NCBI GenBank assembly: GCA_040285855.1
Contig: JAUFOQ010000013.1
Coordinates: forward strand, 248,001 to 312,000
DNA from: Eukaryota sp. GEM-RC1
Taxonomy: Eukaryota
Length of the DNA: 64,000 bases
Direction: 5' to 3'
Shown here: in pieces, positions 46,880 through 56,901 of the stretch
Layout of the letters: each line of letters opens with the position of its first letter
How positions within the stretch are numbered: the first letter of the stretch is position 1
Translations under genes and position numbers: made by a program
The notes under the pieces: model-generated
Told to the model about the DNA's origin: nothing
The model's input: only the letters and a program-made list of their open reading frames with translations
Database searches by the model: none

Positions 46880-47832
46880 ATGGTTCTTGTTCCTCTTCAT
46901 CATGAATTGGTAGCCAAACTGCAAACTCTACGTAAACGTCGCAACTTTGATGCTGGATCTTGGGTTGCAACCAAAACTAAGATGTTCTCAAAGTTTCTTT
47001 CCGACAGCAATCTGAAAGCTGGTGTACTCTCTCTTTCTGGTGGTATAGACAGTTCTGTTGTTGCTGCTCTTGTTTCTCTGGTCCTTAAGAAACCCGATAC
47101 TCCTTTGAAACGCTTCATTACCATTGCGCAACCTATCCACTCTACTGCTAAAATTCAAAACAGAGCTTACTACGTGGCCGAGCACTTAGGTATTGAGATA
47201 ATCACTATCAATCAAACAGACGTCCATGATGCTCTTACATCCTTAGTTACTGATGCTCTGGGTATAGAAGTATGAAAACTCAAACAAAATCTAACATTAG
47301 GGAGGATTGTTCGCAAGAGGCCAACTCAAATCATACCAACGGACACCAATTAACTACTATGTCACACAACTTCTCAACCAGGAAGGACTGAATGCCGTTG
47401 TTGTTGGTACTGGAAACTATGATGAAGATGGTTATCTGCGTTATTTTTGTATGTATTGAACCACTTTAATTTATTCTAGGTAAAGCTGGAGATGGTGTTG
47501 TTGATGTTCAGCTTATTAACGACCTTCACAAATCCGAAGTTTACGAAGTTGGACGGTTTCTGAATCTGCCTGCACTAGTTCTTGATGCTCCACCCAGTGC
47601 TGATCTCTGGGAAGGACAGACAGATGAAGGGGAAATGGGCTTCTCATACGATTTTGTTGAACTTCTTACTGAATGGATGAAACTGGAAGAGAATGAACAA
47701 GATATTTTCTTTGATGACGTTTCAGAAGAAGCCATGGAACAATTTGAAACTCTCAAGGCCAAAGCTGAACTCATTCATAAAAGAAATGCCCATAAGGTAA
47801 ACTTCCCTGTTAATCTGAATATTCTGGACTAA
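46880..47832 (+). CDS. nadE: NH3-dependent NAD+ synthetase; exons 46880-47269, 47301-47448, 47480-47832
   Basis: SLSGGIDSSV PP-loop; GTGNYDED; KAGDG; DLHKSEV; PPSADLWEGQTDEGEMGFSYD. Frame restored exactly by two 31-nt GTATG...TAG introns. Confidence 0.9.
47270..47300 (+). other. Spliceosomal intron, 31 nt
   Basis: GTATGAAAACTCAAACAAAATCTAACATTAG; removal gives GIE|GGLFARGQLKSY. Confidence 0.88.
47449..47479 (+). other. Spliceosomal intron, 31 nt
   Basis: GTATGTATTGAACCACTTTAATTTATTCTAG; removal gives YFC|KAGDG. Confidence 0.9.
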
Positions 47833-47947
47833 AGTTCGAACAGACGATGTGAATAAACTTAAATTTGATTAATTTTTGTCGAAGTTTTCTAACACCAAGA
47901 CAACAGTCACCACGCAATTTCATAGCACAAGCTACCACCTTCTACTC

Positions 47948-48181
47948 ATGTGTCCCCTCTTCGGAGAATTCTGCCAGTCAGAGATTGAACAAGTCCAAAA
48001 GGCCAAAGCTCTCTGCAAAGCCCTTCCTCAAACATTGGACCTTTCCATAAAACTAACTCCTCTGCAGCAACAGCAGGAAATAGACCGTAGTAGGGAGTGT
48101 GTTGCTTGTTTCGGCGAGCGACTTCGTTCTACTTCCAGAGAGATACTTCCATCCATTGAGGTGTTGAGTCTCCGCCGGTAA
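47948..48181 (+). CDS. Small unknown protein (77 aa), paralogue A
   Basis: 32/60 gapless identity with the next ORF. Confidence 0.65.
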   Translation: MCPLFGEFCQSEIEQVQKAKALCKALPQTLDLSIKLTPLQQQQEIDRSRECVACFGERLRSTSREILPSIEVLSLRR

Positions 48182-48352
48182 TGTCAGAGTCTGTCCTCCT
48201 AGTGTATAGTTGTTGCTCCCCATATAGTTTAATGTGCTTTCATGTTTCAGTTTGAATTCTCTAAGTCATAAAAAAGAAAGCGCCAAGATAGTGTATTGAG
48301 TTTGGAGAAAGATATGTCTGTCAGAATATACTAGTAAGATATCCTACATATC

Positions 48353-48535
48353 ATGTCTCCCCTTCTTGGAGAATTCTGCCGAGATGAAATTGAGAAGGTT
48401 CAGAAGGCCAAGTCCAGATGTACTGCACTAGCACAGACTCTTCCTGATGACGTAGAACTGGCCCCTTTGAAGGAACAGAAAGAAATGAAGTCACAAGCGG
48501 ATAACGTATCGTGGTTTAGAGAACGTTTAAGGTAA
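48353..48535 (+). CDS. Small unknown protein (60 aa), paralogue B
   Basis: MSPLLGEFC.DEIEKVQKAK..C.AL.QTL conserved with paralogue A. Confidence 0.65.
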   Translation: MSPLLGEFCRDEIEKVQKAKSRCTALAQTLPDDVELAPLKEQKEMKSQADNVSWFRERLR

Positions 48536-48843
48536 CGCTACATCCAGATGTTGGAGATGTTTGGTGAGAAAGCTTGAACTTTGATTCATTGAATGCTGAA
48601 TCATCGTCTTCAATACAACCATGACTCTGCTTCAGATCATATCATTTTAACGATTCCTATCAAGTCAATTGGCTTGAAGGGCTAAACGAAAACAACATAC
48701 TACTGTTATTCCAGTGTTTTTTAGCACTAGAGAAATGAATCAGGTCCCTTGTTTTAACAATCACCCGCAAGTCATCAAAACACCGCTAATATTAAAAAAA
48801 AACAAGACAAATTTAACCTAAAGTTTACATGCAAACTCCTAAA

Positions 48844-51135
48844 TCAAGTTTGAAAATGTTCCATTCCAAAAATAGTTATATATCTACTAGAAACATCTGT
48901 CATTCTCAGTGACGATCCAATCATAACTGAGTTGAATACCGAAAGCCCAGTCCCTAAATGACAAGCATCATAGGAATGAGTTTCAGGCAGAACTGATTTC
49001 CTGGAAGATAGGGAAGAAGTTATAGCAAGTTGATAAGCACGAGCATTTGAAACAATCTCATGGACAACAAATGACTTTGCACGTTTAAATATCACTGATA
49101 CTGGTTCCAAGGGTGAATTCTTCACAAAGTCCCACAATAAACCATAGTTTGGATCCGCGGACACACACATTCTCTCTATATCATCTACTTTAGCTCCCAG
49201 CCCACGCCTCAACAACCGCAACCTAATTAATTCTATAAAAGTATCACCATACTGAGGAGTAAACTCAGCCGCAACCATTAAATACTGTTTAGCCAATGAC
49301 AAGGAGAACCTGTTAGCAAAGGGATTGAGCCTGACTCTCGCCGCATCACACCAAAGCTCACCACTCTTAGGTACACACACTCTAGCTTCATTAAACACGT
49401 CTAACTGAACCTTGCCGCCTAAACCTATCGACAACTGAACATAGAGGGCCCACAGTCTCCCAGTAAGTCTGTGGTAGTAGAGAGCTGATTTGACTACTTC
49501 TAGAGCTGCAGAGGCGCACCTGGTTCTAATACAAAACATTACGGCTTCAAGAGCTATTCTCCAGTCTTTGGCAAAGAACTTGGGATCTTGTAATAAGTCA
49601 GCCGCACGCTGGAGTTCACCGAATAATTCATAAATTCTAGCATAATCTATTATTAACCCTGCTAAAGACTTAATCGGAGCCTCTGTCAACGCTCGTTCTA
49701 TCAACATTATAGCTTCATTCCTACAACCAGCATAAGCCTCAGTCCTAGCTCCAATATGCCAGACCTTCCACTGCAAGGCCTTAGGACATGATACCAAGGC
49801 CTTAGCTAACTGCATCTTATAAGAACCAATGCCCCTAGAAACACGTGTTAGAATTTGAGCTGATTCACACCTAATCTTCCAAACTAGTTCTTTGCAAATT
49901 GATTGTTCTGATAGGTTAACAAAGGACTCAATGATTGACGGTAGAGTGGCACAACAACATCCTTGAGAGATAAGGTAGTTGACAAAGGTGCCATCTTTCC
50001 AAATGAATTCCATTAACCTAAGTGCAATGAACCAAAGAGGACCGTACCTAGGAACGACACGCAGACCTTTGACTAGAATTTTAACGGCTCTGTTGAGGGA
50101 TCCTAGTCTGATTTCCATTTTGACTGCATCTAGATATAAAGGACCTTGATGGGAGACGTTGATTAGAAGAAACTTGAAGACTCTACGGGCAATGTCGTAC
50201 CTTCCTCTTCTGGCTTCGAATAGAGCTCCCTCGGTCAAAATCCTCCATGATTGCTGTGGATTCTCGTTTCTTAGCAAAAACAACAACGATCTAACTTCAT
50301 CATACTTATGAAACTTCTCATACAATTTTAATAATTTCAACACAATTGGCTCACAATACCCACAACAAAACTCTTCCAAAGACTGTTCCAACACAGTCAC
50401 AGCCATTTCATAATTCCCGATATCTTCATACAACCTTGATAACTCCAACCAAGGCTGTGGTGCATGGGGTTGGGTCTGACAAGCAAGGTTAAAGTAAGTA
50501 GAAGCAACTGAGGAATCCCCATATCTTCTAGCTAAATCTCCTAATTCTACATAGGCTTTCCACCTAACTTTCTCAGGGAGTTGGGGGATGTTGACGTTTC
50601 CAATGCTTACACAATCCTCTAGCTTATCATGTTGTTTCAGTCGTTCAACAAACTCCTTGAATCTTTTTCGAGAGATTGGAGATGCTGAGTCAGCAGTTCC
50701 TCGACGATTGAGGGAGACAGAGCGAGCAGAGGAAAGAGAGCTGGTGTCTGAAGAGGTATCTCGAGTGAAGGAGGAGTAGGGGACAAAGGGAGAATTGGGG
50801 GATCCACAGATCTCATCGTTGGGTTTGGAACTTTGGGTAGGTTGAGTGAAGAGTAGGGGTAATCCCTGTTTAGCAGCTAGGCGTTGTGCATCGTGGCAAT
50901 CATCGGAATCAGACTTGTAATTCGATCCTATAGGGGAAAAGCGAGGGATGTCAGAGGATGAAACGGGAGCAGGAGTTGACAGAGATCTGCGTGATACCCG
51001 GGTCTGTTTAGTAGGAGAATGAAGTCGTGAAAGAGGAAGAGGAGATATATGATCCGTCCGATTCGGTAATAGTTCAAACTCTTCATACTCAAGGTCAAAG
51101 TTGAGTTCCGAGTAGAAATCAGAGTCTAAATCCAT
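48844..51135 (-). CDS. HAT/TPR-repeat protein (Prp6-like superfamily)
   Basis: Disordered Ser-rich N-terminus followed by repeats such as PQPWLELSRLYE, PRYGPLW, PKSGELW, PQYGDTF, PNYGLLW. Confidence 0.8.
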   Translation of the reverse strand: MDLDSDFYSELNFDLEYEEFELLPNRTDHISPLPLSRLHSPTKQTRVSRRSLSTPAPVSSSDIPRFSPIGSNYKSDSDDCHDAQRLAAKQGLPLLFTQPTQSSKPNDEICGSPNSPFVPYSSFTRDTSSDTSSLSSARSVSLNRRGTADSASPISRKRFKEFVERLKQHDKLEDCVSIGNVNIPQLPEKVRWKAYVELGDLARRYGDSSVASTYFNLACQTQPHAPQPWLELSRLYEDIGNYEMAVTVLEQSLEEFCCGYCEPIVLKLLKLYEKFHKYDEVRSLLFLLRNENPQQSWRILTEGALFEARRGRYDIARRVFKFLLINVSHQGPLYLDAVKMEIRLGSLNRAVKILVKGLRVVPRYGPLWFIALRLMEFIWKDGTFVNYLISQGCCCATLPSIIESFVNLSEQSICKELVWKIRCESAQILTRVSRGIGSYKMQLAKALVSCPKALQWKVWHIGARTEAYAGCRNEAIMLIERALTEAPIKSLAGLIIDYARIYELFGELQRAADLLQDPKFFAKDWRIALEAVMFCIRTRCASAALEVVKSALYYHRLTGRLWALYVQLSIGLGGKVQLDVFNEARVCVPKSGELWCDAARVRLNPFANRFSLSLAKQYLMVAAEFTPQYGDTFIELIRLRLLRRGLGAKVDDIERMCVSADPNYGLLWDFVKNSPLEPVSVIFKRAKSFVVHEIVSNARAYQLAITSSLSSRKSVLPETHSYDACHLGTGLSVFNSVMIGSSLRMTDVSSRYITIFGMEHFQT

Positions 51136-51277
51136 TATCGAAGGACATGAAGAGGGTGAATTTTGGCGGTCTTAAAGGAGTTTGGTAAATCTAAAGATTT
51201 CCCCTAAAGAAATTCTTAATTTTAGATAACTTGTTTTCCTCTCATTGACTTTATTGACATTCATATACATCTAACTG

Positions 51278-51953
51278 ATGTCACAACCTACTAAAAAACG
51301 TTCCAAAAAGTCACAGCTCCTAGAGGTTTCTCTTACAGAAATTCAGACTCTTCTAAATGAAATGCATACTGCAGCTGTTGAAGATGTCGAGTGCTTCAAC
51401 GCTGATAAACCAGCTCTTCATAAAGTTAAACTTCTTCCTAAAGTTAAAACTCTTGCTCTTCGCTCAGATTGTCACAATGACCTTATAGACAACGGATTTC
51501 TCAAGAACTGTGCTAACTGGCTTGCTCCTCTTCCCTGACGGTACTCTTCCATCTCTCAGTGTAAGGACAGAACTTCTCAGTATTCTAGAACACATGGAAA
51601 TTACATTTGAGTCCCTCGAAAACAGTGACTTAGGCGCCATTGTTGCTTACGTGGCAGACCATCCAGATGAAACGTCATCTAACAAAGACCTGTGTAGGAG
51701 ACTCATTGACAAGTGGACCCAGATCATTTTTGAGGAAGAAGAAGCTGAGGAAGACGCTCCAGTGGCACATAGAGATGCTGGGCCTCTGCCTGAAGTTACT
51801 ACTATGCAGATGGCTTCTGGTTCACGTAAGTCTTACTTTGCTAAACCTCCGGGACAAATACGAGGTGTTGTTGCTCCTAGAGCTGATACTTTTGCTGTAA
51901 CAAATGAAAAGGCCGCTGTTTCACGATTAAAACGAAGAAGTTCTAAACGATAA
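51278..51953 (+). CDS. IWS1: IWS1/Spn1 transcription elongation factor (frameshift near 51534)
   Basis: M..AAVED...N..KPALHKVKLLP...WLAPLP/DGTLPSL.VR..LL..L...LENSDLG..V....HPDET.SNK.LC..LIDKW. Confidence 0.88.
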
Positions 51954-53474
51954 GGGTTTTGAGTTTGTTTATTGGTCTTTGTATAGATCCTTAAATGTAT
52001 TGGTCACGTAGAGTGCTTTGACTTCAGTTTTTCCTGTTAAAGAATTATACTATTGGAAAGAATAAAACAAGAATAATTGTTGTTTGTAGGAGTGACTTAT
52101 TCATGAAATATCAGTGATTTCTGCTACCCCAGTCTTGTTTTACTTCAGTCAGTGTGACGGTAGCTGAAGTCGAGTGATGTAGTTGTTTGGTGATCACTAC
52201 AAACTTGAAATCTCTCAGAAATTTAGCAAATAGTTTGAGTACATTGAATTTATGTAAAGCTATTCAAAACGAGACGGTATTACAATACTAGTAATAGTAA
52301 TAGATTATGATGGATTCGACAATTTTGGAACAATTAACCAATCCACAACTGAAGAAGACCGGAAACATACTGTAATATTGTATTGTTGTTTACTTTAATG
52401 TTTGATTATTATCATCAATGAAGTGCTATCATACATGACTATTACTGTGTTGTTGAAATTGTTGTCCATTTTAAATTAAATATTCTGCAACCTCTGTTGT
52501 GTTTCATTTACAATTTGGACGAAGACAATGTAAACTATAATTTACATGTCGAATTTGCCAGCAAACTAGAAAATCAAAATAACTTCATGGAATTGAGGAA
52601 AGCCGCATCAGACTAATTGTGTTTTTGAAATCTACATTTTGGTTTGTTTCATCTGTCAATATAAATCAACCGATATACAGTAGTTATTGTGTGAGAATAG
52701 TGACTACGTGCAAAATTTCAAAGTCTGAGAATGAGATTGAAACCGAATGTTAACCGTTTACATTAATCTAGTGTAACTTTTCTCCACAAAATGGACGGCG
52801 ACTCACATGTAAAAATGGGAAGGTTAGACACAGTAGATGACAACCAACAGAGCTGTTGGAATTCAAAGATGATGAAAACAGATGAATTTGACACGCAGAT
52901 CTGGGGTTAAATTTTTACCCACTTTCACTTAACTTCATATCCTCATTGGTTTCTCTTAGAGCGACTTTACTCTATCAGGATTATTTCTATAGGTAATACG
53001 TTCATTTGTCTTTTCAAACTAAGACAACACCATGGCCAATGATGAGGATCTCTGTCATGTTTCAGCTGTTTGACTTTGGGAATGGGATTCGTCTTGTTCC
53101 CTGGAAGATTTCTAAACTGTTTCATGTCGGCTGAATTGGTTTCTATTTCAACAACTGTATTCGTTTGGTGGCGCTTTTTTGGTCTGCGAGATGTGGACAC
53201 TACAAGAAGTTGTGTCATTTACTTATTTGTTCGATTTCTTCTCCACATCTTCTTGGAAATGGCTCTGGTTGTACTCATGGTAACATATCTAGCTCGTCAT
53301 TTTGATCCCATACCAGACTCCCCATTCATACATAACCTCCTAACAATTTTACATTTGCTAATAAAATTGTAAGTGAATCAGATGATTTGACAAGATACGA
53401 ATTACTAACTGAACATGCTATCCAGTATAGACTAGGCTGTGGTATAGACGACATGACAATGCAGCACATCTATC

Positions 53475-54388
53475 TAGGACTGTCCAAATTCGGTTCAGTT
53501 CAGTTCCGAACCAGTTCCAAACTGGTTCAAAACAGTTCGGGTTCACTAATTTAGTCAGTTCAGGTTCGTGATTTGTTGGAACTGAACCTGACCAGTTCCG
53601 AACCAGTTCGGAACCAGTTAATTCATCAAAACCTAATCTGCTTCTAGCAATGCATTTCAGCAATAAACATCAATATGAGGTCTTTATTTTTAAAATATTT
53701 TGTTGAATTGACGAAACTGTGGTGTTTGGTTGTCTTCTTTGGATCCCCGAATTCGCAAAACCAGGCTTCCTGGAACAGATGAAGTTGCTTTTTACATCGA
53801 TATGTTTGAGTCGAAATTTGATAACATGGAAAGTCGTTCAACTGCTCTAGCAGAAGATAATATATTCGAACATAATGTTAACCGTTCAAGATCTAGTTTA
53901 AGTGCTGCTGAAGAATTGCGGTCACACTGTGATGAGCCTGCATTGAAATCAAAACTCCGAAGCTCTTGTCTGGTGGCAATATGAAGGATGTCAACGTTGT
54001 CCTCAACTGGCTTCGATTGCTAGAAATTACATTGCACTTCAAGCAACATCTGTTCCATCTGAACAACTGATTTTTTCTATTTTTTCTACATGCCGGATAG
54101 CCACAGAATTTCGAGCTTCTTTGTCTGATGAAAGTGTTACTTCGTTGGTTAGTTTGATGTCTTTGCTGAAATTGTTTGATGAGCGTGGTTAATTTTATAT
54201 TTGTTGGCTTCATTATATATTACTATTAAAATAAAGGTGAAATTATCGTTTTGAACTAGTTCTGAACCGGTTAAAACTGGTTCAGGTTCAGGTTCGTAGT
54301 TTTAAGAACCGTTCAGGTTCGGTTCGGTTCAGGTTCATGGAGCTTGAACCGAACCTGCATGAACTCGAACCTCATTTGGACAGTCCTA
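53475..54388 (+). mobile_element. Internally deleted hAT transposon (914 bp) retaining the transposase C-terminus
   Basis: 15-bp TIR TAGGACTGTCCAAAT; 8-bp TSD CATCTATC (53467-53474, 54389-54396); GAACC/GGTTC subterminal repeats; LDPR...LVWWQ..CPQLASIARNYIALQATSVPSEQ hAT dimerisation motif. Confidence 0.93.
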
Positions 54389-54465
54389 CATCTATCATTG
54401 CATTTACTGAGAGAGTTGATTTTTTCTTGGTCAACACTTTACTCAATCACATCCACTAATCTCCA

Positions 54466-55239
54466 ATGACTGCTTCCTACTGTAACAAAACTAAAATTGG
54501 TAACTATTTCGAAGACCAAGAGGCGGATAGAATCAAGGTCCAGGATTTCCTCAACAAGTTACATACTGGCAACCTAACTTTCATCAAACAAGAACAGAAA
54601 CTCAAAGCACTAACTCAATCTGTTGATCCTGTACACAAACACAAGGACTTTGTATCATTTCAAGACATTGTTCAAATCTCTCCAGCCGCAAACCCTGACA
54701 AATCTCTAGCCGTAGTTTTAGATGACATAGCCATTCCCAATAGCATATCAGCTACAGTCACCGTCTCCTCATTGTCTACTTCCACTGTGAGAAACAGCTT
54801 CTTTATAGTCCGTGATGAGATCGCTATGAACCAATATATTGCTGACTTTGATGATCGTTTTGAACCTAATGATACTGTGTTACGCTATGGACAGAAGTTT
54901 CACTTCGTTGCAAACCCCGAAGTCTGTGATCACCAACTAGCTCTATACTCTGAACCAAAGAGTTTCCGCGCCTTCTCTAGAGTTACCAACAAGCAAATCT
55001 TCTGTGCACACGCTCCTCGTAAAGTCTACTCTTCCTTTGTTGTTGTTCACCCTAATCCAGAGCTTCGCCTTGAGATGGAGGGAGAACCAGTTCCTAGGGA
55101 AAGTCCAGTATTAATTGTACATAGTCAATCTGGTGGAGCGTTGGATTTTGGATCTGCAACAGTGGCTACTGATTTTGGACCTGAATTAGAGACGTTTTGT
55201 TCTAGAGTTGGTAGTGCTCAGAAGTGGATTATTAGTTAA
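54466..55239 (+). CDS. CFAP161: CFAP161-like axonemal protein
   Basis: Y..KTKIGNYFED; LRYGQKF; RLEMEGEPVP....LIVH; TDFGPELE. Confidence 0.8.
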   Translation: MTASYCNKTKIGNYFEDQEADRIKVQDFLNKLHTGNLTFIKQEQKLKALTQSVDPVHKHKDFVSFQDIVQISPAANPDKSLAVVLDDIAIPNSISATVTVSSLSTSTVRNSFFIVRDEIAMNQYIADFDDRFEPNDTVLRYGQKFHFVANPEVCDHQLALYSEPKSFRAFSRVTNKQIFCAHAPRKVYSSFVVVHPNPELRLEMEGEPVPRESPVLIVHSQSGGALDFGSATVATDFGPELETFCSRVGSAQKWIIS

Positions 55240-55341
55240 TGAGTTTGGTTGATCTAGGCACATGTATTGTATTGTTATGTTTAAATATAATTAAATTTTG
55301 TTCGATTTTTGTAGTACAAAATAGAGTTTTATGATATAAAT

Positions 55342-55930
55342 CATGGAACGCAAATGTTCCGTACCGCGGCGATTTTAGGCGTGCCGTACCGTACCGTACG
55401 TACGTCCGGTACAAGTACCGGTACTGTACTTCTGACCAACTAAAATAAAATATTACTATTTTGAACATGGTGATCCAATGTGAGATTTTAACAGTTACCA
55501 TAGTCATAAATTCCACCGTTAAACAATGCTCAGGATATCAACGTCGTGATTGTCACATATATTCACATTTGGGGAACGTCATTTGCTGACCACAACTGTC
55601 CCCAAAATGACATTTTTACGAACGAAGCTCAGCAATCGCTCGAAAGCAATAATAGTAGTAACTTCTTCGAATCGCAATGCACTTGTTGAGTGACTACGAC
55701 AAAATATAACAATGAAAATGGGCCCAAAAACCCACAGATTGGATTTCTAAACGATCAGATGATGCAGTAGCAATTTGCACTAGTACTGTGTTTGACTAGT
55801 GATTGAGCTCTACTCAAAAAATAGTATTTGTAAATCCATTTAGATTATTCGTAAATTGGCTTTGTATAAAATCAAATGACGTCGGTACGGATAAAATAAA
55901 TCGGTACGTACCAAACATTTGCGCTTATTG
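55342..55930. mobile_element. Non-autonomous hAT-like element (589 bp)
   Basis: Imperfect TIR CATGGAACGCAAATGTT / CAATAAGCGCAAATGTT (13/17); 8-bp TSD ATATAAAT (55334-55341, 55931-55938); CCGTAC subterminal repeats. Confidence 0.75.
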
Positions 55931-56901
55931 ATATAAATTAACGAAATACAAACTACAATGTATGTACATGTACTATAAAATATAATATATAATTTTGTTT
56001 AATTTTTCTACTATTGCATACGTATGATGATTTATATGTTTTGGCTTTCATTAGGCCCATTGTAAGAAGAACTGATTTCGAAAATGAAATCGTTGAAGAT
56101 CGAAATGAAGTTGTGAACGTTCTCAGTACATATGCGACACTCATTGAACGCTAAAGAAAGCTGGCTCCATTATCAGCACGATGTTGAGTCAGAGAAATTG
56201 TCCTTTTAAACTTTTTGATGAAGGAATGTGGAGCAGTTGTTAATTTTTTAAACATCATTTTTGGAATGGTTCAAAAGAAATGATGAAGCACACGAAGATG
56301 AGGTACTTGAAGTACATACATTTTGATTTTATTTCCATATTTAGGAGGTCATTAAAGACAATAATTGTGTTTGTAACACTTTTCAACAATGTTATCACGT
56401 AATCTGTGCAGCATTTAATAACTCGAACAAGTTCAGTACCTAGTCGTACGAGTTATCGAAAATTGACTGTTTACTGCAACACCTTTTGTAGAATTGTTAA
56501 ACTAAAAAAAACGGGCTTTATGATCAGTCAGTTGTTAAACTTGTTCAAAAAACAACTCACATTGTTGTGATGCATCTGTTGTATAGTGAATTTTGGTTTT
56601 TCAAGAGCTAATTAAGAACTTTAGAAACCTACAATGAGACAAAATCCGCAGTATTGCTGATACAGCGTCTTGTAACTAAAACAATGAAGTTGGTATGGAG
56701 ATGATCAGATGCGGGCGAGAATAGACAGAGTTGAATGTAGCTTCATAGTGCGCTAGTTCCGTTTGTTCAGTAGCTCAGAGACATGTCATGCCACTAGTAG
56801 TATGTCACAATGTGTAATTTCATTGAGTGTTAACACTGTAGGCCAGAATGTCAAATGTGGGAGTATAAAGTCAAAATCACTCCCATCATCTGATTGGTAA
56901 A

